Below, piece after piece: positions 1-9,000 of a stretch of 64,000 nucleotides of DNA. A program made the position numbers and the translations under genes. The stretch is from an uncultured Chloroflexia bacterium (GTDB taxonomy: Bacteria > Chloroflexota > Chloroflexia > Thermomicrobiales > UBA6265): NCBI GenBank assembly GCA_963762985.1, contig CAVXMK010000014.1:282625-346624 (forward strand), written 5' to 3'. Below the pieces are notes generated by a model. It was given only the letters and a program-made list of their open reading frames with translations. It searched no databases and was not told the DNA's origin. Numbering within the stretch: position 1 is the first letter of the stretch; every line of letters begins with the position of its first letter.

Positions 1-1692
1 GCCCAGGGCGTCGCCGGGGCACCCGCCGAGGGCATGGATGGCCGCACCCGCGGCGAGGGCGGCGAGCTGAAACTGATCCAGTGGCAAGCCGCGAGCATGC
101 TCAGCCCCCACGTCTCCACCGGCGAGAAGGACTACCTCGCGGCGCAGCTTATCGTTGAGCCCTTGATGCACTACCTGCCCGACGGTTCGCTCATCCCGAA
201 CCTGGTGACCGAGGTGCCGTCGGTCGAAAACGGCATGCTCGCCGAGGACCTCACCAGCGTCACCTACACGCTGCTCGACGGCGTCCTCTGGTCCGACGGC
301 GAGCCGCTGACCGCCGAAGACGTCGTGTACACCTGGGAGTGGATCGTCGACCCGGCGAATGCGTCCGTGTCCTCCGGCGTCTACGGGGTCATCGAGTCGA
401 TGGAAATCATCGACGACATGACGGTGCAGGTCTTCTTCGCTGAGCCTAACGCCACCTGGTTCGTGCCGCATTCGGGTTCGGAATTCGGGTACGTCTATCC
501 CAAGCACGTGCTCGACGTCGAGGACGGGCAGGCCGCCAACGACGCGTTCCTCCTCAGCCCGATCGGCACCGGCCCGTACAAGATCACGTCCTTCTCGCCC
601 AACGACCAGGCCAGCTACGAAATCAACGAGAACTACCGCGACCCCAACAAGCCCTACTTCGCCACCGTGAACCTCAAAGGCGGCGGCGATGCGGCATCGG
701 CGGCCCGCGCCGTGCTGCAGACGGGCGACTACGACTTTGCCTGGAACCTGCAGGTCGAGCCTGAGGTTTTGCGCGAGCTGGAGCAGGGCGGCGCAGGCGT
801 CGTCAGCATCGCGCGCGGCAACTCGGTCGAGCGCATGATGCTCCAGTTTGCCGACTGGAAGACCGAAACCGACGGAGAGCTCGCGAGGCTGGGCACCACC
901 AACCCCATCATCGGGGACAAGGCCGTGCGCCAGGCGCTGAACCTGGCGGTGCAGCGCGACGTGATCTCCAACCAGTTGTACTCGGGCGAGGAGACCGAGC
1001 CGCCGACCGCCAACATCCTGACCGGCATGCCGACGATGGAATCGCCCAACACCTCGTGGGAGTTCAACGTCGAGGAGGCCAAGCGCATCCTGGACGAGGC
1101 CGGCTGGGTGATGGAGGGCGATGTTCGCGCCAAGGATGGCGTGGAGCTGAGCATCACCTACGTCACCTCGATCAACACGGTCCGCCAGAAGGAGCAGGCC
1201 ATCATCAAGCAGGCGCTCGACGAGATCGGGTTCCGCACCGAGCTGAAGCAAGTCGATGCCGCCGTCTACTTCGACAGCTCCGCGGGCAACGACCAGAACA
1301 TCAACCACTTCTTCAACGACATCGAGATGTATACCGACAATCCGACGAATCCCAACCCGATCGAGTACATGCTCAACTGGTACGCGGGACCAGACGGCGC
1401 GAACGTGGCTCAGGCGGGGAACGACTGGAGCCAGACGAACTACTCGCGCTACAGCAACCCCGCGTACGACGAGCTGTTCGATCAGGCGCGCCTGGAGACG
1501 GACCTCGAACTGCTGGCCGAGCTGTTCATCCAGCTCAACGACATCCTGATCGAGGACGTCGCGGTGATCCCCATCGTGAACCGCTCCTCCTCCACGCACG
1601 GCATCTCGACGACGCTGCAGGAGAACAACGTCGCCGCCAGCCCGTACGAGTACAACTACTGGAACATCGCGAACTGGAACCGCAAGGCGTAG
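1..1692 (+). CDS. ABC transporter substrate-binding protein, family 5 (DppA/OppA-like); 5' end lies outside the window
   Basis: ORF 34..1692 stays open back to base 1 and has no signal peptide, so the N-terminus is upstream. Family-5 SBP motifs are present (LTYTLLDGVLWSDGEPLTAEDVVYTWE, YSNPAYDELFDQA). Confidence 0.85.
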   Translation, partial: AQGVAGAPAEGMDGRTRGEGGELKLIQWQAASMLSPHVSTGEKDYLAAQLIVEPLMHYLPDGSLIPNLVTEVPSVENGMLAEDLTSVTYTLLDGVLWSDGEPLTAEDVVYTWEWIVDPANASVSSGVYGVIESMEIIDDMTVQVFFAEPNATWFVPHSGSEFGYVYPKHVLDVEDGQAANDAFLLSPIGTGPYKITSFSPNDQASYEINENYRDPNKPYFATVNLKGGGDAASAARAVLQTGDYDFAWNLQVEPEVLRELEQGGAGVVSIARGNSVERMMLQFADWKTETDGELARLGTTNPIIGDKAVRQALNLAVQRDVISNQLYSGEETEPPTANILTGMPTMESPNTSWEFNVEEAKRILDEAGWVMEGDVRAKDGVELSITYVTSINTVRQKEQAIIKQALDEIGFRTELKQVDAAVYFDSSAGNDQNINHFFNDIEMYTDNPTNPNPIEYMLNWYAGPDGANVAQAGNDWSQTNYSRYSNPAYDELFDQARLETDLELLAELFIQLNDILIEDVAVIPIVNRSSSTHGISTTLQENNVAASPYEYNYWNIANWNRKA

Positions 1693-1695
1693 CGG

Positions 1696-1736
1696 GCGAG
1701 ACGGCAAGACGGCAAGATGGCGAGACGGCGAGCAGG
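1696..1736. repeat. Tandem 8-nt array (GCGAGACG/GCAAGACG/GCAAGATG...), about 5 units
   Basis: Period-8 repeat read directly, starting 4 nt after the SBP stop. A 15-nt stretch (GGCAAGACGGCAAGA) recurs in reverse complement near 49745-49768. Confidence 0.7.
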
Positions 1737-1780
1737 GACGACAGCGACGTCGTCCGCCGTTTCCCCCTCACCGGAGACCA

Positions 1781-1812
1781 GCCCCCTCCCGGATCGCCGG
1801 GAGGGGGCTTTT
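1781..1812 (+). terminator. Rho-independent terminator
   Basis: Perfect 12-bp GC stem GCCCCCTCCCGG / CCGGGAGGGGGC with loop ATCG, followed by TTTT. It lies about 90 nt after the SBP stop. Confidence 0.8.
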
Positions 1813-1872
1813 CGCACGCATCCGCTCCATTCCCCACCGCCACCCCGATACCCTTTCACCCCTGATTCACTC

Positions 1873-1882
1873 GTGATACGAT
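1873..1882 (+). promoter_or_regulatory. Candidate extended -10 promoter box (GTGATACGAT)
   Basis: TG-n-TACGAT motif. The block CGTGATACGATGATGG-GGCCA is nearly identical upstream of the paralog at 5895-5904, and similarity between the two upstream regions begins exactly here. Confidence 0.4.
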
Positions 1883-2007
1883 GATGGTGGCCAGCCACCG
1901 CGAGCGCCTGCTCGCCGGGAAGAGAAGGAGTGCGGCCTGGGGGACGAGACGGCCCGGGTAGACCGCGGCGTCGTCTCCGTTGCCTCGGGCGGGGGAGCGC
2001 ATTTCAG

Positions 2008-3792
2008 ATGGACCAGTCGTCGTTCGACGAGTTAACACGTGTGCTTGGCGGAGCCGCATCGCGACGTCGTGCCCTGGGCGCGGTCATTGCCGCGGCGCTT
2101 GCCGGGAGAACGGCCGCGGAAATCATGGCCGCGCCCAGGAAGAAAGGCCGTGGCAAGGGCAAGGGTAAGGGCAAGAAAAAGAACAAGGGCCAGGGGAATA
2201 CTGGCAACGGGAATGACAATGGCAAGGGTAGCTGCGCCGGCTCGCCGCTGAGGCCCGGTCAGGACTTCCTGCGCTGCGATTTCTCCGGTCGAAACTTGCG
2301 GGGGCAGGATCTCCACTCCTCGTCGTTCAAGGATGTCGACTTTTCGTTCGCCGATCTCTGCGGCGTCGACTTTCACTCGGCGAGCTTCACCGAGACGGAC
2401 TTTATCGGAGCCAATCTCACCGACGCGAACTTCGACCAGTCCTCGCACGACGAAGTCAGCTTCGCCGAGGCGAATCTCGAAGGCGCCTCCTTCAAGGTGG
2501 CGACCTTCAGTGAGGTCGATTTCTCCGGGGCCAATCTCGCCCGCGCCAATTTCCGTGGCGCGACGCTCGACGAGGTCGATTTCTCCGGCGCTACCTTCTG
2601 CCAGACGATTCGGCCTGACGGCAGCACCGACAACCGCAATTGCGATATCTGCGACAACCTCTGCGGCACCTGCCAGAACTGCGACGAGGAGGACTGCGAA
2701 GCCCCCGACTGCTGCTCCGACCCGGAGACGGGCGACGGGGTATGCGTCGATACCGACACCGATCCACTGCACTGCGGAGCGTGCGGCGTGGCGTGCGGAG
2801 CCTCGTTGAACCCGTGCATCACCATCGAGTGCATCGATGCTGCATGCACCCCCGTCGAGGCCGCGGACGGCACGACCTGCGAGGAGGGCGAAGAGGCTGG
2901 CGTCTGCTGCGCCGCGGGCGATACGGTCACCTGCGTCGTCGGCGGCATCTGCTGCTCCAGCGCGCAGTGCGATGAGGGCGATACCTGCTGCAGCGGGCAG
3001 TGTGTCGATCTCCAGACCGATCCTGACAATTGCGGTGGCTGTGGCCCCGAGTTTGCCTGCGACGCAGGCGAAACCTGTTCCCAGGGCCAGTGCGTGTCGG
3101 ATGAGTGCGACAGCGGCGAAGTCCTCTGCGACAGCGTCTGCACGCCGGGCGTCTGCTGCGCGGATGACCAGTCCGGGCCGCAATGCCCCGCGGGGTTCAC
3201 CTGCATCGCCGGCGGCTGCGTCGGCGAGGGGCAGTTCCGCTTCGTGCTCAGGTGGGACGAGAACCCGCGGGATCTCGACACCCACGTCTGGTTGCCGCCA
3301 GCGACGCCGTACCACATCTATTTCGTCGACGAAGGCAGACTGGACCAGTTCCCCTTTGCGGAGCTGGACATCGACGACGTGACGAGTTTCGGTCCGGAAA
3401 CCGTCACGATCGCCCAATTGTTCGAGGGAACGTACCTCTACGCCGTGCACCTGTTCGCCGGCACGGGCACCATCGGCACGTCGGGCGCCGTGGTCGAGGT
3501 CTACGAGGGTGCGAACCTGGTCAACACCTTCCCTGTTCCCACGAACCTCTCCTGGGATCCGGACAACGGCCAGAACGTCTGGTGGAACGTCTTCAGCCTC
3601 ACCGTCGACGGGCAAGGGGACACGACGATCACCCCGATCAACACCGCCTCGGCGGATCCCGCGCCGTTCCCGGATACGCTGTCGCGTCGCGCCAGCGCCG
3701 AAAAATCCAAAAAGCCGGCCGATGGCGACCGCAACCGCAAGCGCGGCCGAGGCCGTGGCAAGGGCAAGAATCGGGGTCGTGCGCGGCGGTGA
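2008..3792 (+). CDS. Secreted multidomain protein: RR leader, polybasic tail, pentapeptide repeats, Stig1-like Cys modules, YfaP/DUF2135-like C-terminal domain, basic C-tail
   Basis: ATG at 2008 is preceded by GGGGGAG. Leader is MDQSSFDELTRVLGGAASRRRALGAVIAAALAG and the tail is KKGRGKGKGKGKKKNKG. A(D/N)LxG/F pentapeptide runs are present, along with the motif C-V-D-x-D-T-D-P-L-H-C-G-A-C-G-V-A-C. Start chosen inside track ORF 1930..3792. Confidence 0.85.
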   Translation: MDQSSFDELTRVLGGAASRRRALGAVIAAALAGRTAAEIMAAPRKKGRGKGKGKGKKKNKGQGNTGNGNDNGKGSCAGSPLRPGQDFLRCDFSGRNLRGQDLHSSSFKDVDFSFADLCGVDFHSASFTETDFIGANLTDANFDQSSHDEVSFAEANLEGASFKVATFSEVDFSGANLARANFRGATLDEVDFSGATFCQTIRPDGSTDNRNCDICDNLCGTCQNCDEEDCEAPDCCSDPETGDGVCVDTDTDPLHCGACGVACGASLNPCITIECIDAACTPVEAADGTTCEEGEEAGVCCAAGDTVTCVVGGICCSSAQCDEGDTCCSGQCVDLQTDPDNCGGCGPEFACDAGETCSQGQCVSDECDSGEVLCDSVCTPGVCCADDQSGPQCPAGFTCIAGGCVGEGQFRFVLRWDENPRDLDTHVWLPPATPYHIYFVDEGRLDQFPFAELDIDDVTSFGPETVTIAQLFEGTYLYAVHLFAGTGTIGTSGAVVEVYEGANLVNTFPVPTNLSWDPDNGQNVWWNVFSLTVDGQGDTTITPINTASADPAPFPDTLSRRASAEKSKKPADGDRNRKRGRGRGKGKNRGRARR

Positions 3793-3857
3793 GCCGACCG
3801 CGAGGCCATCGCCCCGCGCCTGCTCGATGACATAGCAGGAAGGCGACAGATCTGCCA

Positions 3858-3887
3858 CGAGGCCCGGGGAATGTTCCCCGGGCCTCG
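3858..3887 (+). terminator. Terminator-like hairpin shared with the paralog
   Basis: CGAGGCCCGGGGA-ATGT-TCCCCGGGCCTCG, a perfect 13-bp stem with no T-tract. An almost identical hairpin follows the paralog at 9097-9125. Confidence 0.6.
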
Positions 3888-3954
3888 GCGTGTTCGCGGA
3901 CAGGAGCCGTCGCGTTCAGCTCAATGGAATTCCGGGCCAGACTTCTGCCTGTCA

Positions 3955-4150
3955 GCAGCCCTTCTCCCCGCGCACTTGACAGGGGAGGTATCGAGTTGCC
4001 GGCGGCTGGCCCTCACCCCAACCGCCGAATGACCCTCACCCCAACCCCTCTCCCATTGCGATGGGAGAGGGGCTTTCGACGCTGAGTACCGGCGTCATAT
4101 AGCAATTACCTCTCCCTGTCAGCCCCGCGCACGGGAGAAGGGAGGGTTGA
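3955..4150. repeat. Mosaic of GC-rich palindromic intergenic elements
   Basis: Inverted copies of CCCTTCTCCC..TGACAGGG(G)AG(A)GGTA sit at about 3960-3992 and 4106-4141. Between them is the hairpin CCCTCTCCCA-TTGCGA-TGGGAGAGGG, part of a short variant of the CCCTCACCCCAACC element seen elsewhere. Confidence 0.6.
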
Positions 4151-4186
4151 CGTGGGGAGTGGTATGCAGAGGGAATGGAGACCGAT

Positions 4187-4213
4187 GGCGAAGGTTGCGA
4201 AGGTTGCGAAGGC
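4187..4213. repeat. 9-nt tandem repeat (GCGAAGGTT x about 3)
   Basis: GCGAAGGTTGCGAAGGTTGCGAAGGCT read directly. Confidence 0.6.
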
Positions 4214-4341
4214 TGGGGAACAGGGTGAGCGCGCAATCTTCGCACGAGGGCAAGGGGCGCCCCAGACCCGGTCCGCGTTTGCGGCACGGTTCATCCGCAT
4301 TCCGCGGTGCGCATTCGCGGGTTGACGCAGTGGCGATCCTT

Positions 4342-4349
4342 CCTGCGAA
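4342..4349. repeat. Target-site duplication, left copy (CCTGCGAA)
   Basis: The 8-bp direct repeat immediately flanks the IS left end. An identical octamer is at 5859-5866. Confidence 0.85.
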
Positions 4350-5858
4350 GTAAGAGTTCAGACCAAGGCAATTTGGGGAGATGGTCGTGGGGCGCGCAGG
4401 AGCGCGAGAAACTCCTCGACCGGGTCGAGGTCGCGCAGGGCCCAGGTGGCCACCAGCGAGTGCAAGAGCATGCGGGTGGTGCTGCCCGGCCCCGAGCGGG
4501 TGCCGCCGCTAATCTTGCGCGCCACCACCAGCGGGCGCAGGGCGCGCTCGGCGGCATTGTTGGTCGGGGGCACGGCCGGATCGGCGACGAAGGTGAACAA
4601 CTCGGCCTGATAGCGTTCGACGCGGGCGCACAGCACCGCCTGCGGGGTATCGGCCGGTTGCGCCCGGCAGTGGGCGACGAGCTCGGCCTGGAAGCGGTCG
4701 CGCGCCCGCTCGCGCAGGATGCCGTTCGTGCCCGCCGCCGTCGCCTCCGCCGCCCAGGCCACGGCGCGGTCGTAGACATCGCGCACCCCCGCCGCCCACG
4801 CCGCCACCCCCGGGTCGTCGGGATGGGCCAGGACCAGGTCATGGATGTCGCGCCACAGGTGCGCCCAGCACCGCTGCTGGACCCGCTCCAGCCGGTCGTA
4901 GGCCCCGAAAAAGTCGCTGACCACCACGCCCGTGCCCATCTCGCCCAGGAGGTCCTGCGCCACCGCCCCGGCGCGACTGCGCGCGAAGTGAAACACCTGG
5001 ATCGAGGGCGTGGTCAGCGTCCACACCCAGCCGGTGCGGCCGTTCTCGCGCCAACTCGTCTCATCGAGATGGACGACCGGGCTGGCCCGCGCCTCCCCCA
5101 GCAGCGCCTCGTAGGCCGGGCGTCCGGCCCGCGCCGCCTCCGCCAGCAGCGCGCTCAGCTCCCCCACCGACAGCCGCAGCCCCCAGACCCGCTGCAGCAG
5201 CCATTGCACCTGGGCCAGCGGCAGCCGCAGTTTGGTGCGCAGCGTCGCGACCCACGCCGCCACCGACCACCCCACCCGCCGGTGGGCGCCGGCCTGCTCC
5301 CCCAGATCCGGCATCGTCCCCCGGCTGCGCGTCCCGCAGCGGCGGCAGGTCCGCTCCAGCACCCGGTGCTCGACGACCGCAGCCCGCACCGGCGGCACCT
5401 CGATGAGCTGGCGGCGCCGCACCACCCGTCCCCGTGCCAGCGGGGCGGCACAGGCCGGACAGACCCTCGGCGCGTGCAGCACGATGCGGTCCGGACGCTC
5501 ACGGCGGCGCCCCGGCACGGGACGGCGCGGTCGCCGCGGCCGGCGCTGCTCGCGCACGACGACATTGGCCTTGACCCACGCGGGCGGACGTTTGGGCGGG
5601 GGAGCTGCGGGCGGCGACGGCCTCGCGCCCGCCTGGCCCCCCGCCGCGTGGTCGTCACCGCGCAGCGCGGCCACCTCGGCCCGCAGCGCGGCGTTCTCCG
5701 CGCTCAGTGCCTGCACCTGGGCCTGCAACTGCACCACCAGCTCCGCCAGTGCGTCGTAGCTGAGCCGCTCCGTGCCGCGGGTCATCTCCCGCCCCTTGCC
5801 CGTCCCTGCCGTGAGAACCGGCATTCTCCCACAATTTCGGGTCAGTCTGAACTCTTAC
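4350..5858 (-). mobile_element. IS66-family insertion sequence, single-ORF type, apparently intact (1509 bp)
   Basis: Perfect 14-bp terminal inverted repeats GTAAGAGTTCAGAC (4350-4363 and reverse complement 5845-5858). Subterminal similarity (..AATT.G.GGGAG), an 8-bp TSD and one complete transposase ORF. Confidence 0.9.
4358..5824 (-). CDS. IS66-family transposase
   Basis: N-terminal leucine-zipper-like LQAQVQALSAENAALRAEVAALR and zinc-finger CPACAAPL..CRRCG. Also HLDETSW, VVSDFFGAYD, QRCWAHLWRD and PPTNNAAERALRPLVVARK, all hallmark IS66 motifs recalled from memory. Confidence 0.9.
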   Translation of the reverse strand: MPVLTAGTGKGREMTRGTERLSYDALAELVVQLQAQVQALSAENAALRAEVAALRGDDHAAGGQAGARPSPPAAPPPKRPPAWVKANVVVREQRRPRRPRRPVPGRRRERPDRIVLHAPRVCPACAAPLARGRVVRRRQLIEVPPVRAAVVEHRVLERTCRRCGTRSRGTMPDLGEQAGAHRRVGWSVAAWVATLRTKLRLPLAQVQWLLQRVWGLRLSVGELSALLAEAARAGRPAYEALLGEARASPVVHLDETSWRENGRTGWVWTLTTPSIQVFHFARSRAGAVAQDLLGEMGTGVVVSDFFGAYDRLERVQQRCWAHLWRDIHDLVLAHPDDPGVAAWAAGVRDVYDRAVAWAAEATAAGTNGILRERARDRFQAELVAHCRAQPADTPQAVLCARVERYQAELFTFVADPAVPPTNNAAERALRPLVVARKISGGTRSGPGSTTRMLLHSLVATWALRDLDPVEEFLALLRAPRPSPQIALV

Positions 5859-5866
5859 CCTGCGAA
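5859..5866. repeat. Target-site duplication, right copy (CCTGCGAA)
   Basis: Identical to 4342-4349 and abuts the IS right end. Confidence 0.85.
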
Positions 5867-5894
5867 ATGGGCTGTCCTCAGTCCAGTGTTACCC

Positions 5895-5904
5895 GTGATA
5901 CGAT
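5895..5904 (+). promoter_or_regulatory. Candidate extended -10 promoter box (GTGATACGAT), paralog copy
   Basis: Same box and the same following GATGG-GGCCA..CACCGC.AGCGCC block as at 1873. The IS end lies only 37 nt upstream. Confidence 0.4.
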
Positions 5905-6034
5905 GATGGCGGCCATGCACCGCAAGCGCCGGGTCCGTGGGGAAGACGGACCGCGCGGCCAGGGGATGTGAGCCGGAATGTCGCGCGACGCGCGGCGCCG
6001 CCTCCGTTGGGACGGGTAGGGGGAGCGTATCCAG

Positions 6035-9000
6035 ATGGACAACGCTGCATTCGACCGGTTGGCGCGACTGCTGGGGAGCGGCGCGTCGCGGCGCCACACG
6101 TTGCGCGCGCTGATCACCGCGGCCCTGGTCGGGGGCACGGCCGACGAGCTGCTGGCCAAAGACAAGAAGAACCGCGCCAAGAACCGCAAGCAGGGCAACG
6201 ACCGGGACGGCAACAACGACAAAGACAAAGATAAGAACAAGGACCGGCGCAATGGCCGTGGCGGCCAGGCCAATGCCGAAGCGAAAAAGAAAAATCAGAA
6301 CAAGAACAAGCAGAAGCGCAAGAAGAAAAAGAAGAAGAACAGCAACGGCGGCAATAGCGGCGGCAACAGTTGCGCCGGAACCCCGCTGCAGCCCGGGCAG
6401 GACTTCGTCGATTGCGATTTCTCCGACGCCAATCTGCGCGGGGAGAATCTCAAAGGCTCCCTCTTCAAGAATGTCGACCTCACCGATGCCGATCTCTGCG
6501 GCGCCGATCTGGAATCGTCCAGCTTCGCCGACACTACACTGGTCGACGCCAATCTCACTGACGTCAACCTCGACTCGTCGTCGCACAGCAAGGGCGACTT
6601 CTCCGGCGCCAACCTCACCAACGCCACCTTCCGTGTCGCCACCTTCAGCAAGGTCGACTTCTCGGGAGCCGACCTCACCGGCGCCGACTTCACCGGCGCC
6701 ACCCTGGATGACACCGACTTCGCCGGCGCCGTCTTCTGCCGCACCATCCATCCCAACGGCAACGTCGACAACCGCGACTGCGACATCTGCGACAACGAGT
6801 GCGGTCTCTGCGAAGACTGCGACGACGAGGACTGCACCCCGCCCGACTGCTGCCCGAACCCGGAGGGACCAGGCGGCATCTGCGTCAATACCGACACCGA
6901 CCCGCTCAACTGCGGCGGCTGTGACGCCGCCTGCTTCACCAACCTGTCCAACGCCTGCGTCGATGGCGAGTGCGTCTGCGGCAACGAGCCGGAGTGCTCC
7001 GGTGGCGAGACCTGCTGCCGTGGCGAGGGCGGTGGCGCCACCCGCTGTATCGACACGGACACCGATCCCCTGCACTGCGGCGCCTGCGACGAGGCGTGCC
7101 TGATCCCCCTCAACCCATGCCTCTCCGTCGAGTGTCAGGGCGGTCAGTGCGTCGAAGTCGGCGCCGCGGACGGGACGCCCTGCGAACTCGAGGGCGACCC
7201 TGGCGTCTGCTGCGCCGCCGGCAGCTCCGTCACCTGCGTCGTCGGGACCGAATGCTGCTCCAACGCCCAGTGCGACTCCGGCGAGGCCTGCTGCGAAGGG
7301 CAGTGCATCGACGTCGAGGACGACCCCAACAACTGTGGCGGCTGCGACGTCATCTGCCTGACCCCGACAAACCCGTGCCTCACCAACGAGTGCATCGAGG
7401 GCGGATGCGTAGACGGGACGCTCTCGGACGGCACGGAGTGCGCGTTCGTTGACGACACCGGCGTCTGCTGCGCCTCGGGTGGGACCAGCACCTGCGTCTT
7501 CGGCGCTGAGTGCTGCACCGATGCGCAGTGCGGCACGGGCCAATCATGCTGTGGCGGCCAGTGTCTGAACACCCAGACCGACTTCGATCGCTGCGGGTCA
7601 TGCACCAACCAATGCCCGGCTACCAAGGCCGACGCCTGCGTTGGCGGGGACTGTGTCTGCGGCGAGGAGCCGGAGTGCAACGGCAACCAGACCTGTTGCC
7701 CCGGCGAGGGCGGCAATCCGGCCTCCTGCCTCAACCTCAATAACGACACCCTCAACTGCGGCGCCTGCGGATTCGCCTGCCTGATCCCAACGAACCCGTG
7801 CCTCGCCGTCGAGTGCCAGGAGGGCGGATGCGTCGAGGTGCCCGTACTGAATGGCTCGGCCTGCGCGGTGGGCGAAGTGGGGGGCATCTGCTGCGCCTCG
7901 GGCGAGACGTCCGCCTGCATCGTGGGGGCGGAATGCTGCGACAGCTCGGTCTGTGAGGCGACCGAAGCCTGCTGCGAAAATCAGTGCATCGACGTTCAGG
8001 ACAACTTCGACAACTGCGGTGAGTGCGGCAACAGTTGCACGGACTCGGTGAATCAATGTTTCCACCGCGACTGTGTCCAGGGCGAGTGCCAAACCCTCCC
8101 CGACGAGGATGGCGAGCCGTGCTTCGCGGGCGAAGAGGGCATCTGCTGCGCCTCGACCCCAACCACCTCCATCTGCATCGGCGGCGGCCAGTGCTGCACC
8201 GACCTCGAATGCCCGGAGGGCGATAGCTGCTGCGATAACACCTGCTTCGAGACCAGCTCCGATTTCGACCACTGCGGGGGCTGTGACGGCTGCGACCCCG
8301 ACTTGGCAGACACCTGCGTCGAGGGCACGTGCGTCTGCGGGACCACGGGAGCCGCATGCGGGGCCGGCGAGACCTGCTGCAACGGCCAGTGCGTCGACAC
8401 CGACACCGACACCGACAACTGCGGCACGTGCGGCAACGCCTGCGATCCCCCGTTGAACTCGTGCAATACCGTCCTGTGCCTCGAAGGTACGTGCAACAAC
8501 TTCGCGGACCCCGACGGCACGATCTGCGTGGAGGGTCAGGACGAGGGCGTCTGCTGCTTCGACGACAACGCCGCCGTCTGCCTGGCGGGCGCCCAGTGCT
8601 GCTCCGACTCCGGATGCGACGTCACCGAAGCCTGCTGCGACAACCAGTGCGTCAACCCCAATACCGACTTCGACCACTGCGGCATTTGCACGAACGCCTG
8701 CATAGAGGGGAAGGCCGACGCCTGCTTCAACGGCCAGTGCGTCTGCGGGTCCGAGTTCCAATGCTCGGAAACCGAGACCTGCTGCAACGGCCAGTGCGTG
8801 GACACCAGCAATGATCTTGAGAACTGCGGCTCCTGTGGCGAGACATGTGGTGCAAACGAAACGTGCGTCGAGAGCGGGTGCGTTTGCCCGGGCATCCCCT
8901 GCGAGGGTCAATGTCTGGCGGAAGGTCCCGACGTCTGCTGCCTCCTCGCCGACTGCGAGACTCGCCTCTGCTATTTGCTTCTCGGCTGCAACGGCAACGT

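Noticed and set aside
2280-2600. Pentapeptide-repeat blocks as Qnr/MfpA-type DNA mimics (quinolone resistance).
   Set aside because: Here the repeats are embedded in exported, cysteine-rich multidomain proteins with leaders. That context argues against a cytoplasmic gyrase-protection role.
2032-3858. Very long antisense or alternative-frame ORFs throughout the track. Examples: 2032..3858 (-), 5855..7543 (-), 7598..9013 (-), 10849..11784 (-), 12923..13840 (+), 19838..20860 (-), 24078..25259 (-), 42327..43475 (+), 44878..46104 (-), 45990..47351 (-), 55380..57065 (-).
   Set aside because: In roughly 70% GC DNA, stop codons are rare in every frame. These ORFs translate to Arg/Ala/Gly/Pro-rich sequence without motifs, lack SD sites, and overlap genes that have clear family signatures on the other strand or frame.
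4307-5971. 554-aa ORF on the plus strand across the IS element.
   Set aside because: It is antisense to a complete IS66-type transposase with all hallmark motifs, and its own translation is compositional noise.
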